Below are positions 22,487 through 34,376 of a DNA stretch of 41,426 nucleotides, piece after piece; positions within the stretch are counted from its first letter, which is position 1, and the number at the start of each line of letters is the position of its first letter. The notes beneath the pieces were generated by a model, which made no database searches, was not told the DNA's origin, and saw only the letters and a program-made list of their open reading frames with translations. The translations under genes and the position numbers were made by a program. Origin of the DNA: Octopus bimaculoides (lineage: Eukaryota). The stretch spans positions 111,494,882 to 111,536,307 of the forward strand of contig NC_068983.1 of NCBI RefSeq assembly GCF_001194135.2, read 5' to 3'.

Positions 22487-22512
22487 TGTATGTATGTATG
22501 TATGTATGTATG
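22395..22512. repeat. (TATG)n/(TG)n microsatellite
   Basis: Read directly from the sequence. Confidence 0.95.
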
Positions 22513-22546
22513 CAACTACTCTGCCTATCTAGCTGTGCATACTTGA

Positions 22547-22777
22547 CAATACCTTGTATGCCATAAGGACTGCAAATCTGATGGAGGTCTCAAAAGACAT
22601 TTTAAGATCCACAAAGATCAGAATTTGACTGCAGCTCTTGGTGGTCCAAAGTGGATATGTAATTTATGTGGGCGTCTTTTCAAAACAATGTCTGGTTTGT
22701 AAAGCCACCACATCAGACACCATGATAGATCTAAGGTGTAAAGTGGTCTAGCTCTGTATAAGGAGTAGACAACCACC
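22547..22777 (+). mobile_element. 3' end of a probable RTE-type LINE encoding two C2H2 zinc fingers (pseudogenised)
   Basis: YLVCHKDCKSDGGLKRHFKIH...WICNLCGRLFKTMSGL*SHHIRHH with a premature TAA at 22700-22702, followed by a short 3' UTR and a TA-rich tail. Confidence 0.6.
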
Positions 22778-22785
22778 ATATATAT

Positions 22786-23132
22786 GTATGCATGGCTCAG
22801 TGTTAGAGTGTCAGGCTCACAATCACGAGGTAGTGAGCTCAATTCCTGGCCTGAGCTATGTGTTGTGTTCTTGAGCAAGACACTTTATTTCACATTGGTC
22901 CAGTTCACTCAGCCGTAGAAATGAGTTGCAGTGTCACTGGTGCCAAGCTGTATCAGACTTTGTCTTTCCCTTGGATAACATCGGTGGAGTGGAGAGAAGA
23001 GGCTGGTATGCATGAGTGATGGTTGTTCATCCATAAACAATCTTGCCCAGGATTGTGCCTCAGAGGGTAACTTCCTTGGGGGCAATCCCATGGTCATTCA
23101 TAACTGAAGGGAGCCCTTGCCCTTTACCCTTT
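22786..23132 (+). mobile_element. tRNA-headed SINE family D
   Basis: TGGCTCAGTG A box, GAGCTCAATTCC B-box-like, and TGTGTTCTTGAGCAAGACACTTTATTTCAC central domain. Confidence 0.75.
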
Positions 23133-23288
23133 GTGTCTATATATATATAAATAATGTAGGTGGCTTATTAACAATCAAAACCTAATGGCAAATTTATAAA
23201 CATCACTAAAGTGACAAGGGTACAAAGTGGCATCAACATGGCTAGAAATAAGAGTCAAAACGACTCATTATCCACAAAATGCACTATC

Positions 23289-23895
23289 TTAATAAGTTGA
23301 TGAAGAAGACATAGCTCCCTAATGTAGCAAGACAAAGCTCCCTACTGAAGTAACAGATATACCCATATCGTGTGATTTTGAATTCTGATGCATAGCATCT
23401 CAATTCTTGTCAGTGGATCTAATTGTACCTAGGGTTAAGCTCAACTCGCCCCATCAATTTATCAAAACCCTACTGAAAGTATATGCTTTCATTGGCCTTT
23501 CTTATGAGTTGACAAGGTGGGTTGAGCTTCACCCTAGGAGCAGTAAGATCCACTGTTGTGAATTGAGATACTCATCATCATCATCATCATCGTTTAACGT
23601 CCGCTTTCCATGCTAGCATGGGTTGGCAATTTGACTGAGGACTGGTGAAACCAGATGGCTACACCAGGCTCCAATCTGATTTGGCAGTTTCTACAGCTGG
23701 ATGCCCTTCCTAATGTCAACCACTCCGAGAGTGTAGTGGGTGCTTTTACGTGCCACCTGCACAGGAGCCAGTTCGGCAGCACTGGCAACAATCTCGCTAT
23801 ATTCAAGATCATGTGATATGGGTATATCTGCTACTTCAATACAGAGCCTTGTCTCCCTACAGTAGGGAGCTCTGTCTCCTTCATCAACTTATTAA
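23289..23895. mobile_element. Foldback/palindromic MITE-like element (~375 bp net), right arm interrupted by a family E insert
   Basis: 23397-23457 pairs with 23509-23569 and 23290-23385 pairs with 23798-23895. The axis is at TGAAAG-TATATG-CTTTCA, and TTAA is at both outer ends. Confidence 0.8.
23573..23797 (-). mobile_element. 5'-truncated family E retroposon tail
   Basis: (CAT)n-CGTTTAACGTCCGCTTTCCATGCTAGCATGGGTTGG..., the reverse complement of 257-322 and 36700-36910. Confidence 0.9.
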
Positions 23896-24034
23896 TATAT
23901 ATATAGATATTACTTTGATGATGACATACATGCACCTTAACATACGCACACATATACATACATAACACATTTAATTGTGTATGCTAATATGTGTGTGTGT
24001 GTACGTGTGTATGTGTATGCCTGTACATATATAT

Positions 24035-24497
24035 GTAGGAGCGGCTGTGTAGTAAGTAGCTTGCTTACCAACCATATGGTCCCGGGTTCAGTCCCACTGC
24101 GTGGCATCTTGGGCAACGTGTCTTCTACTATAGCCTCGGGCCGACCAANNNNNNNNNNACGTGTCTTCTACTATAGCCTCGGGCCGACCAAAGCCTTGTG
24201 AGTGGATTTGGTAGATGGAAACTGAAAGAAGCCTGTCGTATATATGTATATATATATATATGTACGTCTGTGTGTGTTTGTATGTCTGTGTTTGTCCCCC
24301 CTAACATCGCTTGACAACCGATGCTGGTGTGTTTATGTCCCCGTAACTTAGCGGTTCGGCAAAAGAGACCAATAGAATAAGTACTAGGCTTCCAAAGAAT
24401 AAGTCCTGGGGTCGATTTGCTCAACTAAAGGCGGTGCTCCAGTATGGCCACAGCCAAAAGACTGAAACAAGTAAAAGAGTAAAAGAGTAAAAGAGAT
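24035..24497 (+). mobile_element. Young full-length SINE family B with a 10-N overlap gap
   Basis: CpG-rich copy. ACGTGTCTTCTACTATAGCCTCGGGCCGACCAA is duplicated either side of N 24149-24158. GAGTAAAA tandem tail. Confidence 0.92.
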
Positions 24498-24510
24498 ATG
24501 ACTTTGATGA

Positions 24511-24511
<1 letters not shown>

Positions 24512-24587
<76 letters not shown>

Positions 24588-24605
24588 CACACACACACAC
24601 ACACA
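24512..24605. repeat. (CA)n microsatellite
   Basis: Read directly from the sequence. Confidence 0.97.
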
Positions 24606-26459
24606 TGCTATATTCTATTATTGAGTATAATTATCGATTCTATCCAACACTATGTAGCTGACAAATGTAAACATGTTATATCAATGCACATTAGCTTTGT
24701 GGACAAAAACTGAAATGATTAGTTAAAATAGCTTCAATCCCATGTTGGAATTTCACCAGCAACTGAACACCTATCAGACTATCGATGGAGACATTATCAT
24801 CATCATCAGCTTTCAATCTCCATATTCCATGCTGGCCTGGGTTGGGTACTGATTAAAACACCACTATTATCAATTGCTTAAGCAAATCAGATACATCAAT
24901 TTGCATTTATAATGCATTCATGGTAGTTCACTAAATGAAATTGTTATTGCATTTCTGTACTATGGAATATATCTATAGATCTTAGCCAGCACATGGGTAA
25001 TACACAGATGGAAATAGCTTGTCTTTATACAATAATTTCAGAGTAATTTAATCAAATTATCTGTTACATCTGTGTTATATATGCCACTTAAAATAGATTT
25101 ATAAAAACTGTCTTTGTAGTTAATAAAAGGAAGTACCCACCAGCAAATCAAATCTTGACACAGGATTGAAATTTCTCTGGTTATCCAGAAATATATCATG
25201 CATAGAACAAGGTGTTTACATTTGTTTATTTCATACAGTGTTGGTTAATACATGTATAGAGTTGTATTTCTGTGTGTGTATGTGTGTGTGAGTAGTTGTA
25301 TATTTGAATTTGTGCATGTGACATCAAAGTTATATCTATAGAGAAAGCTGCTTGTTAACTAGGTATGCAACAATTACTAAAAGTACTAAAAGAAAGCAAT
25401 TATTAAACAGTTGACTGTCTGGAAATATTTTTAGAAATTCATGTTTGAAGAAATTACCCATAATTTCGATTTCTCAAGTTCATTGAACTTTTTTAACTCC
25501 AATTTCAAATTTAAATATTCACTGTGTCCAATTCATCACAAATTTAAATATTCATTGCATTCATTGCTGAGTATTCCATTTTCATTTGCAAAGTCTCTCA
25601 CTTTCTCTTTTAAGTTTTAATTTGCTATTAATGCATACATAATGTAAAAACATTTTTTACTGAATGAAATTTTTTTTAAATACCTGTATAATTTTTGAAT
25701 GCAGGATAGCTATGAGAAGAGCCTAGAAAGTTAGGTGATTATTATTAGAAGACTGGGATAAAAAAAAATTACCAAGTGCTCGAAACTTGCACCTTATTCA
25801 CAGTTTCCAAACACAACTTCAACAGTGCCACACATACACACACCAAGACACACTCACATGTACATATAGATACACATACACTCAAATCAAAGGCAATGGG
25901 TTGCTAAATTGAAATCTTTATGTTACTTTGTGGGGAAGGTAAAGCTTGACAAATTGCTTCTTCCTCTGTTGTTGGACTCAAAATAATGAAAGTAATATTT
26001 GCTAAACAAGTGAGCACTATTATACAAAGAAATAATTAGACGTAAAATATAAAAATTATTAGAAATTGGAGTCAAATCTGAAAATATCATCAAGGGACTA
26101 GCAGAAAGGGCTGTCTTTCTGCTATGTGTGTGTGTGTGTGTGTAAAAAGAGAGATTAAAATATCCAGGCAGATATCAATAAAGCACTCCTTAATAAAGGA
26201 GTAAGGTTAAATTTTTGACAATCAGATACCAGTAAATATAAATAGAATGCAAATCCCAGGTAAATCCTTATGCATGACAGGTAAATCCAACAATCCATTT
26301 CTAGGATTTTAAGACATTTAGAGCATTTAACAATAAATAATATGGATGAAGAAAATTATTGAATTTAAATGTGCACTTTACTTCTAGATGTTGCCATAAA
26401 TTTAGAAAGGCATTAAACTATTTCAATTATTAATAAAACTAATTTTTAAATTATTTTAT

Positions 26460-26980
26460 AAGGTTAATTCCTATTAAGTGTTTAATATAATGAGTAAATA
26501 ATTAATGATTGCGATGTAAAATATCTAAGCTTCTATTAAGCATAATGAAAAATTCTTGTCTGTAATTTTTATTCTTTAGAAGTCATCAATAATTGTATAT
26601 ATTATTAATTATGATAATTTTTCAGTTATTACATACTAAGGTTAATTCCTATATGAGGGTTTAATATAATAAATAAATAGGTATTTAAGTATCTTTTCTG
26701 TAATCTTTATTCTTCAGTTATCCAGTGAAGTCATCAATAATTGTATATCCTATTAATTATAATAATCTTTGAATTATTATATAATAAGGTTAATTCCTAT
26801 AAAAGGGTTTAACATATTAAATAAATAGGTAATTAATTATTGCAATGTAAGATATTTAAGTTTCTATTGAACATTACATGAAATTATTATCTGTAGTTTC
26901 TTTGGTTATCTATTAAGCATAATATAGAATCCTTGTCTGTAGACAAGTTATCCAGTATTGTCATTGACAATTGTATATAA
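26460..26980. repeat. Degenerate AT-rich tandem repeat, 3 units of ~150-190 bp
   Basis: AAGGTTAATTCCTAT starts at 26460, 26638 and 26786. GTCATCAATAATTGTATAT and TTCTATT/TCTGTA motifs recur. Confidence 0.8.
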
Positions 26981-27339
26981 AAATACTCGTTTTCAAACTT
27001 ATTTTTTGGGGTTATTTTTTTTTTTTCCTAGATTATTTTTCAATGTAGTTTTCGAAATGTCAAAAAAATTAGAATTAGTATATTTTTTATCGTTCACTTT
27101 TTTAAAGTGAATTCAATGACATCACTATTGGTTGGATGAATTTATGTCTTAAGTTGAATTTGATTTAGGTATTCCTATTTGTTAGCATTTATTAACAGCT
27201 AAAATTTTTTCAGATGTTCAATAGGAATTTCACCAATTTAGATTACCTTGATAATACTGTGTTGCCATATATTTTCAAAGATATTATTATTATATTATTT
27301 ACATTTGACATCCTTTTGTCCTCATCTTGTTTCTTGTTA

Positions 27340-27378
27340 ACACAACATTTCGGCTGATATACCCTCCAGCCTTCATAA
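27340..27378 (-). ncRNA. Truncated hammerhead motif in the PLE 3' region
   Basis: Minus strand (T)ATGA-A-GGCTG-GAGGGTATAT-CAGCC-GAAATGTTGTGT. The 5' CTG and stem I are removed by a deletion relative to 7460-7515. Confidence 0.5.
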
Positions 27379-27425
27379 GGTATTTTTCGATGTTGTTATC
27401 ATCATCATCATCATCATTATTATTA

Positions 27426-27489
<64 letters not shown>

Positions 27490-27582
27490 TATTATTCCAC
27501 TGCCTAGAATCGAACTCAGAATCTTGGGGTTAGTTGCCCTCACTCTTATGCCCATGGGCAATTATGGAGTGAATTTTAGGGC

Positions 27583-28356
27583 TTATAAATCTAATATTTT
27601 CCTATCTTTCCTTAATACCAGTTCCCATGTGCTATTCCTATCTGCACTCAGTCTGCTTAGAAGGTTGTTGTGTCCTTGCTTATGTGCTGCTTCTTTTAGT
27701 TTTTGTATTTTCCACTGGGGTTCTCTGTCTATTATTTTAACTTCATCCCACAGGGGGAGGTGGTCTCCATTTTTTCATACACGATCAGTTATACCCGATT
27801 TATCAATATCTCCTCATGTCACAGCTTTGTGATTTTCCTCTACCCTTATTTTAAGGGGATGGCATGTTTTGCTTTTGTATAACCAACCACACCTGCATAG
27901 GCTGTAGTACACGCAGTTTTTGGTTATATTCTCTTCTATTGGTCGTTTTACCTGAAAGAGATATTTGTGAAGTGTTGTATTACTCTTGAATACTGTCGTG
28001 ATGTCATATGGGTCACATATCTTTTGTATCTTTTTGGAGAGGCCTTTCACATAGGGTAGACAGACTGTAGACAGTTTATTGGTTTCATCCTCTCTTTTCT
28101 TCATAATTGGAGTGAATAGTATATTTTGGGGGTAGTTGTTGCTCAATAGATTGTTACTGAGCTTGATCATTTCTTCATAGTGGGTATCATAATCGCTACT
28201 TATATTCTTTGCTCGATGTCTTAGGCACTGAGCAATTCCTCTTTTTACACTGTATGGATGGTGGGAAGTGAAGCTAAGCTATCGTCCAGTGAAGGTTGGC
28301 TTGCGGTATACGGACGTCCTGAATCTATACTCGGTGCATGTTATTAATAGGTCCCA
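27583..28356 (-). pseudogene. PLE ORF remnant: RT C-terminus + GIY-YIG endonuclease
   Basis: DLLIT..RTSVYRKPTFTGR*LSFTSHHPYSVKRGI...LPYVKGLSKKIQKI...CVYYSLCRCGWLYKSKTCHPLKIRVEENHKAV...LKEAAH. One reading frame with 3 internal stops, ending at TAA 27583-27585. Confidence 0.88.
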
Positions 28357-28369
28357 AGTCAACTGGTAG

Positions 28370-28560
28370 GAAATTAAGAGTGTAGACCACGAACAAGATG
28401 GCTGGATAATTTCCAAAGTCTCAGTTGGTCACACTTAGTAATCCTGCCAAAAATTGTAATGGCAGCTGCTTCTGATATGACTCCAAGGAGTGGGTGACTG
28501 AAAAAACTCTACCTACACACTTCTCCCAGGAAGAAGGAATTAGTGAGTCGAAAAGACAGG
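28370..28560 (+). mobile_element. Possible RTE LINE 3' fragment
   Basis: Translation ..CRPRTRWLDN.. resembles the GRPRTRWLDNI motif at RTE C-termini. Confidence 0.4.
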
Positions 28561-28985
28561 TGGATGGATGTGTGCATATATATATATATATATATATAGT
28601 ATCATTATCCTAAATAGTATCATTATCTTATCGTCAGCTAATAAGTTTTTTTAAAGATAATTCAAAATAGTGTTCATGATCACTATATACTTAATATACT
28701 TAATATCCTTAAATTTTACACCCTATCCAGAGCCCCTGAATTCAATATTGACATTATTTCATGATTTTTGTGGAAGATAACTACAACTCATTTTATTTTA
28801 TTAACATACCTCTTATTGTGTAAACATTAGTTAGAATTCTGTTGTTGTCTGTACCACTATACTGTTACTCTATTCAGACTAAAAGTAAAAAACCTATTTG
28901 ACCCATATACCTAGGGCTATAATTCCTCAACATTAATTCCTCAACATTTTGATAGTAATAAAATGACCTGATACTACTATGACCA

Positions 28986-29541
28986 NNNNNNNNNNNNNNN
29001 NNNNNNNNNNNNNNNNNNNNNNNNNNNNNNNNNNNNNNNNNNNNNNNNNNNNNNNNNNNNNNNNNNNNNNNNNNNNNNNNNNNNNNNNNNNNNNNNNNNN
29101 NNNNNNNNNNNNNNNNNNNNNNNNNNNNNNNNNNNNNNNNNNNNNNNNNNNNNNNNNNNNNNNNNNNNNNNNNNNNNNNNNNNNNNNNNNNNNNNNNNNN
29201 NNNNNNNNNNNNNNNNNNNNNNNNNNNNNNNNNNNNNNNNNNNNNNNNNNNNNNNNNNNNNNNNNNNNNNNNNNNNNNNNNNNNNNNNNNNNNNNNNNNN
29301 NNNNNNNNNNNNNNNNNNNNNNNNNNNNNNNNNNNNNNNNNNNNNNNNNNNNNNNNNNNNNNNNNNNNNNNNNNNNNNNNNNNNNNNNNNNNNNNNNNNN
29401 NNNNNNNNNNNNNNNNNNNNNNNNNNNNNNNNNNNNNNNNNNNNNNNNNNNNNNNNNNNNNNNNNNNNNNNNNNNNNNNNNNNNNNNNNNNNNNNNNNNN
29501 NNNNNNNNNNNNNNNNNNNNNNNNNNNNNNNNNNNNNNNNN
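28986..29541. other. Assembly gap (other gaps: 5010-5853, 12051-12232, 13363-13750, 24149-24158, 33452-33461, 33817-33882, 34258-34267)
   Basis: Runs of N. Confidence 1.
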
Positions 29542-29589
29542 TATATATGTATGTATGCATGTATGTATGCATATGCACAGGGTGAAGTT

Positions 29590-29870
29590 ATGTGGCCTAA
29601 AGTTTAGTGTCTCACATTCATTACTGCAAGATTGTGGTTTCGATTTCCAGACCAGCTATGCTCTCTGTTCTTGAGCAAAACATTACATTTTATACTCCTC
29701 CAATCGACTCTACTGCAAATGGGTAAGCCTGCAATGGACTAACACATCCTATTTAGGAAAAATGTTGACCTATCTACTCAGCCAGCAGAGTGGCATCATT
29801 CAAAAGCTACAACAATGCAAAGTGTGTTGTGGCCAGCAATGTACAACAATGTTCAGCAATCTGGTCAGTA
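29590..29870 (+). mobile_element. Decayed SINE, family D-like
   Basis: GGTTTCGATTTCC B-box-like followed by TGTTCTTGAGCAAAACA. Confidence 0.55.
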
Positions 29871-29894
29871 TCATGATATTAATATGCACATATT

Positions 29895-30130
29895 GTCATC
29901 ATCATAATCATCATTATCATCATCATCATCATGACAACTGCCATCACCACAACCACTACCACCACCACCATCACCATCATCACCATCCTCATCTCTTAAT
30001 GTCCACTTTTCCACAGGGTAGACAGAATTTGTTAAGGCAAGTATTCTATAGCTGGATGCCCTTTCAGCTCTTATCTGTTTCCAAGCAAGAAAGTATTACC
30101 CTATGGCCAGACATGTTTGTCAGATGACAA
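29895..30130 (-). mobile_element. (CAT)n tract plus decayed family E tail
   Basis: TTAATGTCCACTTTTCCA...TATAGCTGGATGCCCTTTC resembles the family E tail in reverse. Confidence 0.55.
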
Positions 30131-30971
30131 TGATGCAAGTTATCCTTTGTTTCTTAAATAGTCCTCTTAACTTTTTCCATTCCATGGAATTTCAACGGGT
30201 TCCACTAGTATATATATATATGTAGTTTAGAATCAGTAGTTCTTTGACTGCTATTTCTAAATTTTCAGTATGTTGGAGAAGCAGCTCAATGCTAATCCCT
30301 GTATATTTATGATGATAAATGGTTTTACCGATAAAGGTTTTTTCATACTGAACTACTTGGCAAAATTGTTAATTATTAATTCTATTATTAATTGACGATT
30401 CCCTGCCCTTATTCTTGTATATACATATATATATATATATCTCCCTTACGACCTTTAAGATCTCTGTATCTATATCTATTTATCGCTTTATCTTCTTCTT
30501 CTACATTTAGATTTTTCCTCACCACCCTTCGCCAACCCATCTAAATAGCTTAGATGTAGCTTACTTGACTATCCAGATTTTCTCTTATTGTTTCTTAGAT
30601 TACCCGCCCCACCGATTTGACTCCTTTTATGTTTTATTTTAATTTAATTTTTATTTTTATTTTTACTTTTACATGAATATCTGTGTATTACTTTTTCTTT
30701 TCTGCTCAGGATTTTATATTCCCATTTTATTTTATATTATTATTTCATTTTGTCATTTTATTATATTGTTCTTAACCACCAACTTAACACTACACACTGA
30801 ATCGTGCCAAGGTATGGACGGATTTCGGAGTACCGAGGAAATTATGTGTAAATGGAGAATTCTACGAGGTATAGTACAATGCAAAATACCGAAAGGAACC
30901 TCACCTCTTATATCGCACCTTTTCTTCCTCCTTTAACGCCGATGTGATATAATTTCTCGGGAGAGAAATAC

Positions 30972-31044
30972 TTTTGTGGCTGAAGATAGCTTTGTATTGT
31001 CAATTATACACTGATATAAAGCTTGAAACGCGTGTACCGCAGAA
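30972..31044 (+). ncRNA. Minimal type I hammerhead-like motif with a long stem II
   Basis: Stem I TTTTGTGG/CCGCAGAA (with G.U pairs); CTGAAGA; stem II AGCTTTGTAT/ATATAAAGCT; GAAAC-GCGT-GTA with predicted cleavage after A31036. Confidence 0.65.
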
Positions 31045-31084
31045 TCCTTTGTGTTTTTGTTTTTATTTTTTCCATTTACAATTT

Positions 31085-31244
31085 ATATATATATATATAT
31101 ATATATAAGTATGGTGATGCAAACAAGAAAAATAATCTTCAAACTATGAGTATATACATATTTTTATTAATATTCAGCAGAAGCAACAGAGTGATTCAAA
31201 CTTTGAGAGTTTCATGCATTGGCACATGTGTGTGTGTATGTGTA

Positions 31245-31300
<56 letters not shown>

Positions 31301-31410
31301 CATACGCACATACATGCACACACACACACATGTATGTGCACTCATATATATACTTTCCTGCTATGAATCATGTATGTGTATGTATGTATGTAACTATATA
31401 TGTATATGTT
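31085..31410. repeat. (TA)/(TG)/(CA)n compound microsatellites
   Basis: Read directly from the sequence. Confidence 0.9.
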
Positions 31411-33374
31411 CAGTTTGCTTAGATGAAATATACCTGTTTGTTAGACTTTGATTGGTCATAAAGAATAGTAGGAAATAAGTGACTTTAGCAAATTTGTAAT
31501 AGAGATGAAATAGTAGAATTAGCCTTATTGCTGGATTACAGAATACCTTAACTGACACTCACCAGCCGAAATACCAACCTGACAATAAAATTATCAATAT
31601 TGAATTTACTGATTCATTAAATTGTCAGCTTTAAATTGTTAGACTTTATATGATGAAGTAAATTGTGTATAAATAGACAGCTACTGATAGTAAATGTCGA
31701 AAGAATATACTAAGCAGACTAACAGGACAATTTTCTTGCTTGGAAATCAGAATTTTGTTTTGATAACTTGATAATACAAACAGGGTAAGATTAATTAGAA
31801 CCATCTATAAATATTATATAAGGATTAAATTTCAAACAATGGGGAATAGTTATGGTCTTTCTTATTGTTGTTGCTGTTAAATAACCTTCAGTCACCTCTA
31901 ACTAAACAGGCTTATATTGCACCAGTAATCAGTCAATTGATTGCTAAGTGTGGGACAATAAACTCAAGATATGTGATTGTGCAATAAGTGTACAAAAATA
32001 TTTCTTATAGTCTGACAGGAAACCAAAACTTTAGGCATACATTAGGTCAATCTGATGTCATGGAATAGCTAACAGCCATAAACTGAAAGCCATGAACTGA
32101 TTGGAAAATAGTGAATAACGTCTGAAACTTGAAGTCATATAAACTGTCTGAGTAGATGCTAATAGTGGAACAGTGGCTAAGGTTTGAAGAGGCTGGAAAG
32201 AGTTCAAGAACAACTATATTTGTTTCTAACAATGAGTTTCTCTTCATCATGAAAAGAATTTATGTGGTGTGTAAAACATGTGATTTTCTTTATTGGTAAA
32301 TCATGAATAATAACTGCAGTGGAGCTGAAGAATTTGACTAGAGGTGAGGTGGAGGGATACAAGTTAAGTATTGCTTATTCAAAATACTACAGTAACTTGG
32401 AAACAGACTGAGTACAATTGAAAGTGATTAATAGTGACTAGGACTTGGCTGGTGTATACAGAACAAAAAAAAATCTGTGAGAAACATGAATGGAAAACAA
32501 ATGCTAGGTAACAAATTTCTGAGTCATTGATGCATAGTAATCCAATGAAGATAGATCAAAGCGAGCTTGGAAAGAAACCAACTGGAAACAGTCAGAACTG
32601 CAAAATAAACAAATGGATGAAATGGTAATACATCTGTGATACTTGAAAAAGTGCTATATTGTAAACTCTTCTAATCAATGACAGTATAGAAAAACACGTT
32701 AAAATAAAGAAACAGTAAATTATAACCTAAAAGTGACACAAAGAAATGAAATAAGTCACAAATACATCTATTGCCTTCATCTTTTAGCTTTAAAGACAAA
32801 ATATACTCCTATCCATCTTGTTTTCATTTTCAAAAAATTTCAATTATCTGATTTTGTTGGAGTTGTTTCACTTGCTTCTTTTTTAGAGTTTAAACACCCC
32901 TAGAGGTAGTTTTTATCTACTAATTGCATAGCTAATCTCAGGTAGTTTTTCAACTCACTGCACTCTATTCATTTCATATAAAGAATGCTCTTCTGGAGTA
33001 ATGCTTTCCATCCACTATACAATTCACATTTTTCATGTTTCTCAAAGAATAAAAATTTTGATTTTGGCATGATTCTGAAGTGAGAAATTTAAAAATGGCC
33101 TCTCTATTAGACCATATCATAATCACTAACCCATTCTTCTATTGAAAATCAAAAGAAATTGGCTTGAAATGAACACTGTTTTAGTTAACTTTTTAGTTAT
33201 TTGTGGCTCCTTGCATTAAAACTTAGAATTTATTATAATACTATGAGTGCAGACATGGTTGTATGGTAAAAAAAAATATGCCTAACAAATATATGGTCCT
33301 GAGTTCAATTTCACTGTGTGGTGTCTTGGGTATATTCTAATATAAGCCAGCCTATGAATATTCAACCAAACCGC

Positions 33375-33775
33375 ATGTGTGTGTGTGTACGAGAGAGTGC
33401 GTGTGCATGTTTGTATGCGTGCATTTGTGTGTGAGCACATGCGTGTGCATGNNNNNNNNNNATATATATATATATATGTAAGTGTGTGTGTGTGTGTGTA
33501 TGTGTGTGTGAATGTGTGTGTACATGCATGTATGAGTGCGTGTTGTGCTTCTCTGTTGACATCGCATGATAGTTGTGAGAATCAACTGTCATAGAAGAAA
33601 CATCACCCGTTTCTAATATTTTGCGTAAATATGTTCAGATATAGCAAAATATTGCCTTCTTTAGAAATAAGTGCAGCATGGTGATGGGAAAGACATCTGA
33701 CCATAGAGAATCGACTTCAATGAACTCCATCAGAGCGATGTAAGCGTGGAAAAGTGGACCTTATCATGATGATAT

Positions 33776-33816
<41 letters not shown>

Positions 33817-33882
33817 NNNNNNNNNNNNNNNNNNNNNNNNNNNNNNNNNNNNNNNNNNNNNNNNNNNNNNNNNNNNNNNNNN

Positions 33883-33947
<65 letters not shown>

Positions 33948-34337
33948 TACATACATACATATATGCATACATACATGCATACATACATATATCATATATA
34001 TATACACACACTCACAGACATGCACGTACACACACATACACACACACACAAACACACAAATACACAAACACACAAACACACATTAGCATATTTTTTCACA
34101 AAGATATAAAAACTGGTGAAAAACCTGTGACACTTTCTTGTCAATTTCTTCATCAGAAATGTAACAAACCAGTTCATTTGCCAGCTTAAAACTATACTCA
34201 CCATACTATTGTACATTACAATATACATACATACATACATACACACACACACATATANNNNNNNNNNTATATATATATGTACATGTAGATGAAGGTATGT
34301 ACATACATGTACATATATATGCATATACTCATATATT

Positions 34338-34375
<38 letters not shown>
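33375..34375. repeat. Microsatellite-rich block with three small gaps (N 33452-33461, 33817-33882, 34258-34267); includes a decayed family E-like tail at ~33560-33775
   Basis: Read directly from the sequence. GCGTGGAAAAGTGGAC...ATGATGA resembles the family E end. Confidence 0.8.

Positions 34376-34376
<1 letters not shown>

Larger units (their letters stand above)
27292..28356 (-). mobile_element. 5'-truncated Penelope-like retroelement (Poseidon-like) with 3' pLTR region
   Basis: RT thumb + linker + GIY-YIG homology, followed by palindrome TGCCCATGGGCA, a tRNA-like B-box segment, (TAA)n/(GAT)n and a hammerhead remnant. Confidence 0.9.

Noticed and set aside
24121-24192. 33-bp tandem duplication inside the SINE
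   Set aside because: It straddles a 10-N gap, which is typical of overlapping contig ends.
26099-26124. Perfect 10-bp hairpin TAGCAGAAAG-GGCTGT-CTTTCTGCTA
   Set aside because: Isolated, with no Helitron-type CTRR end or other context. It could be chance or a tiny relic.
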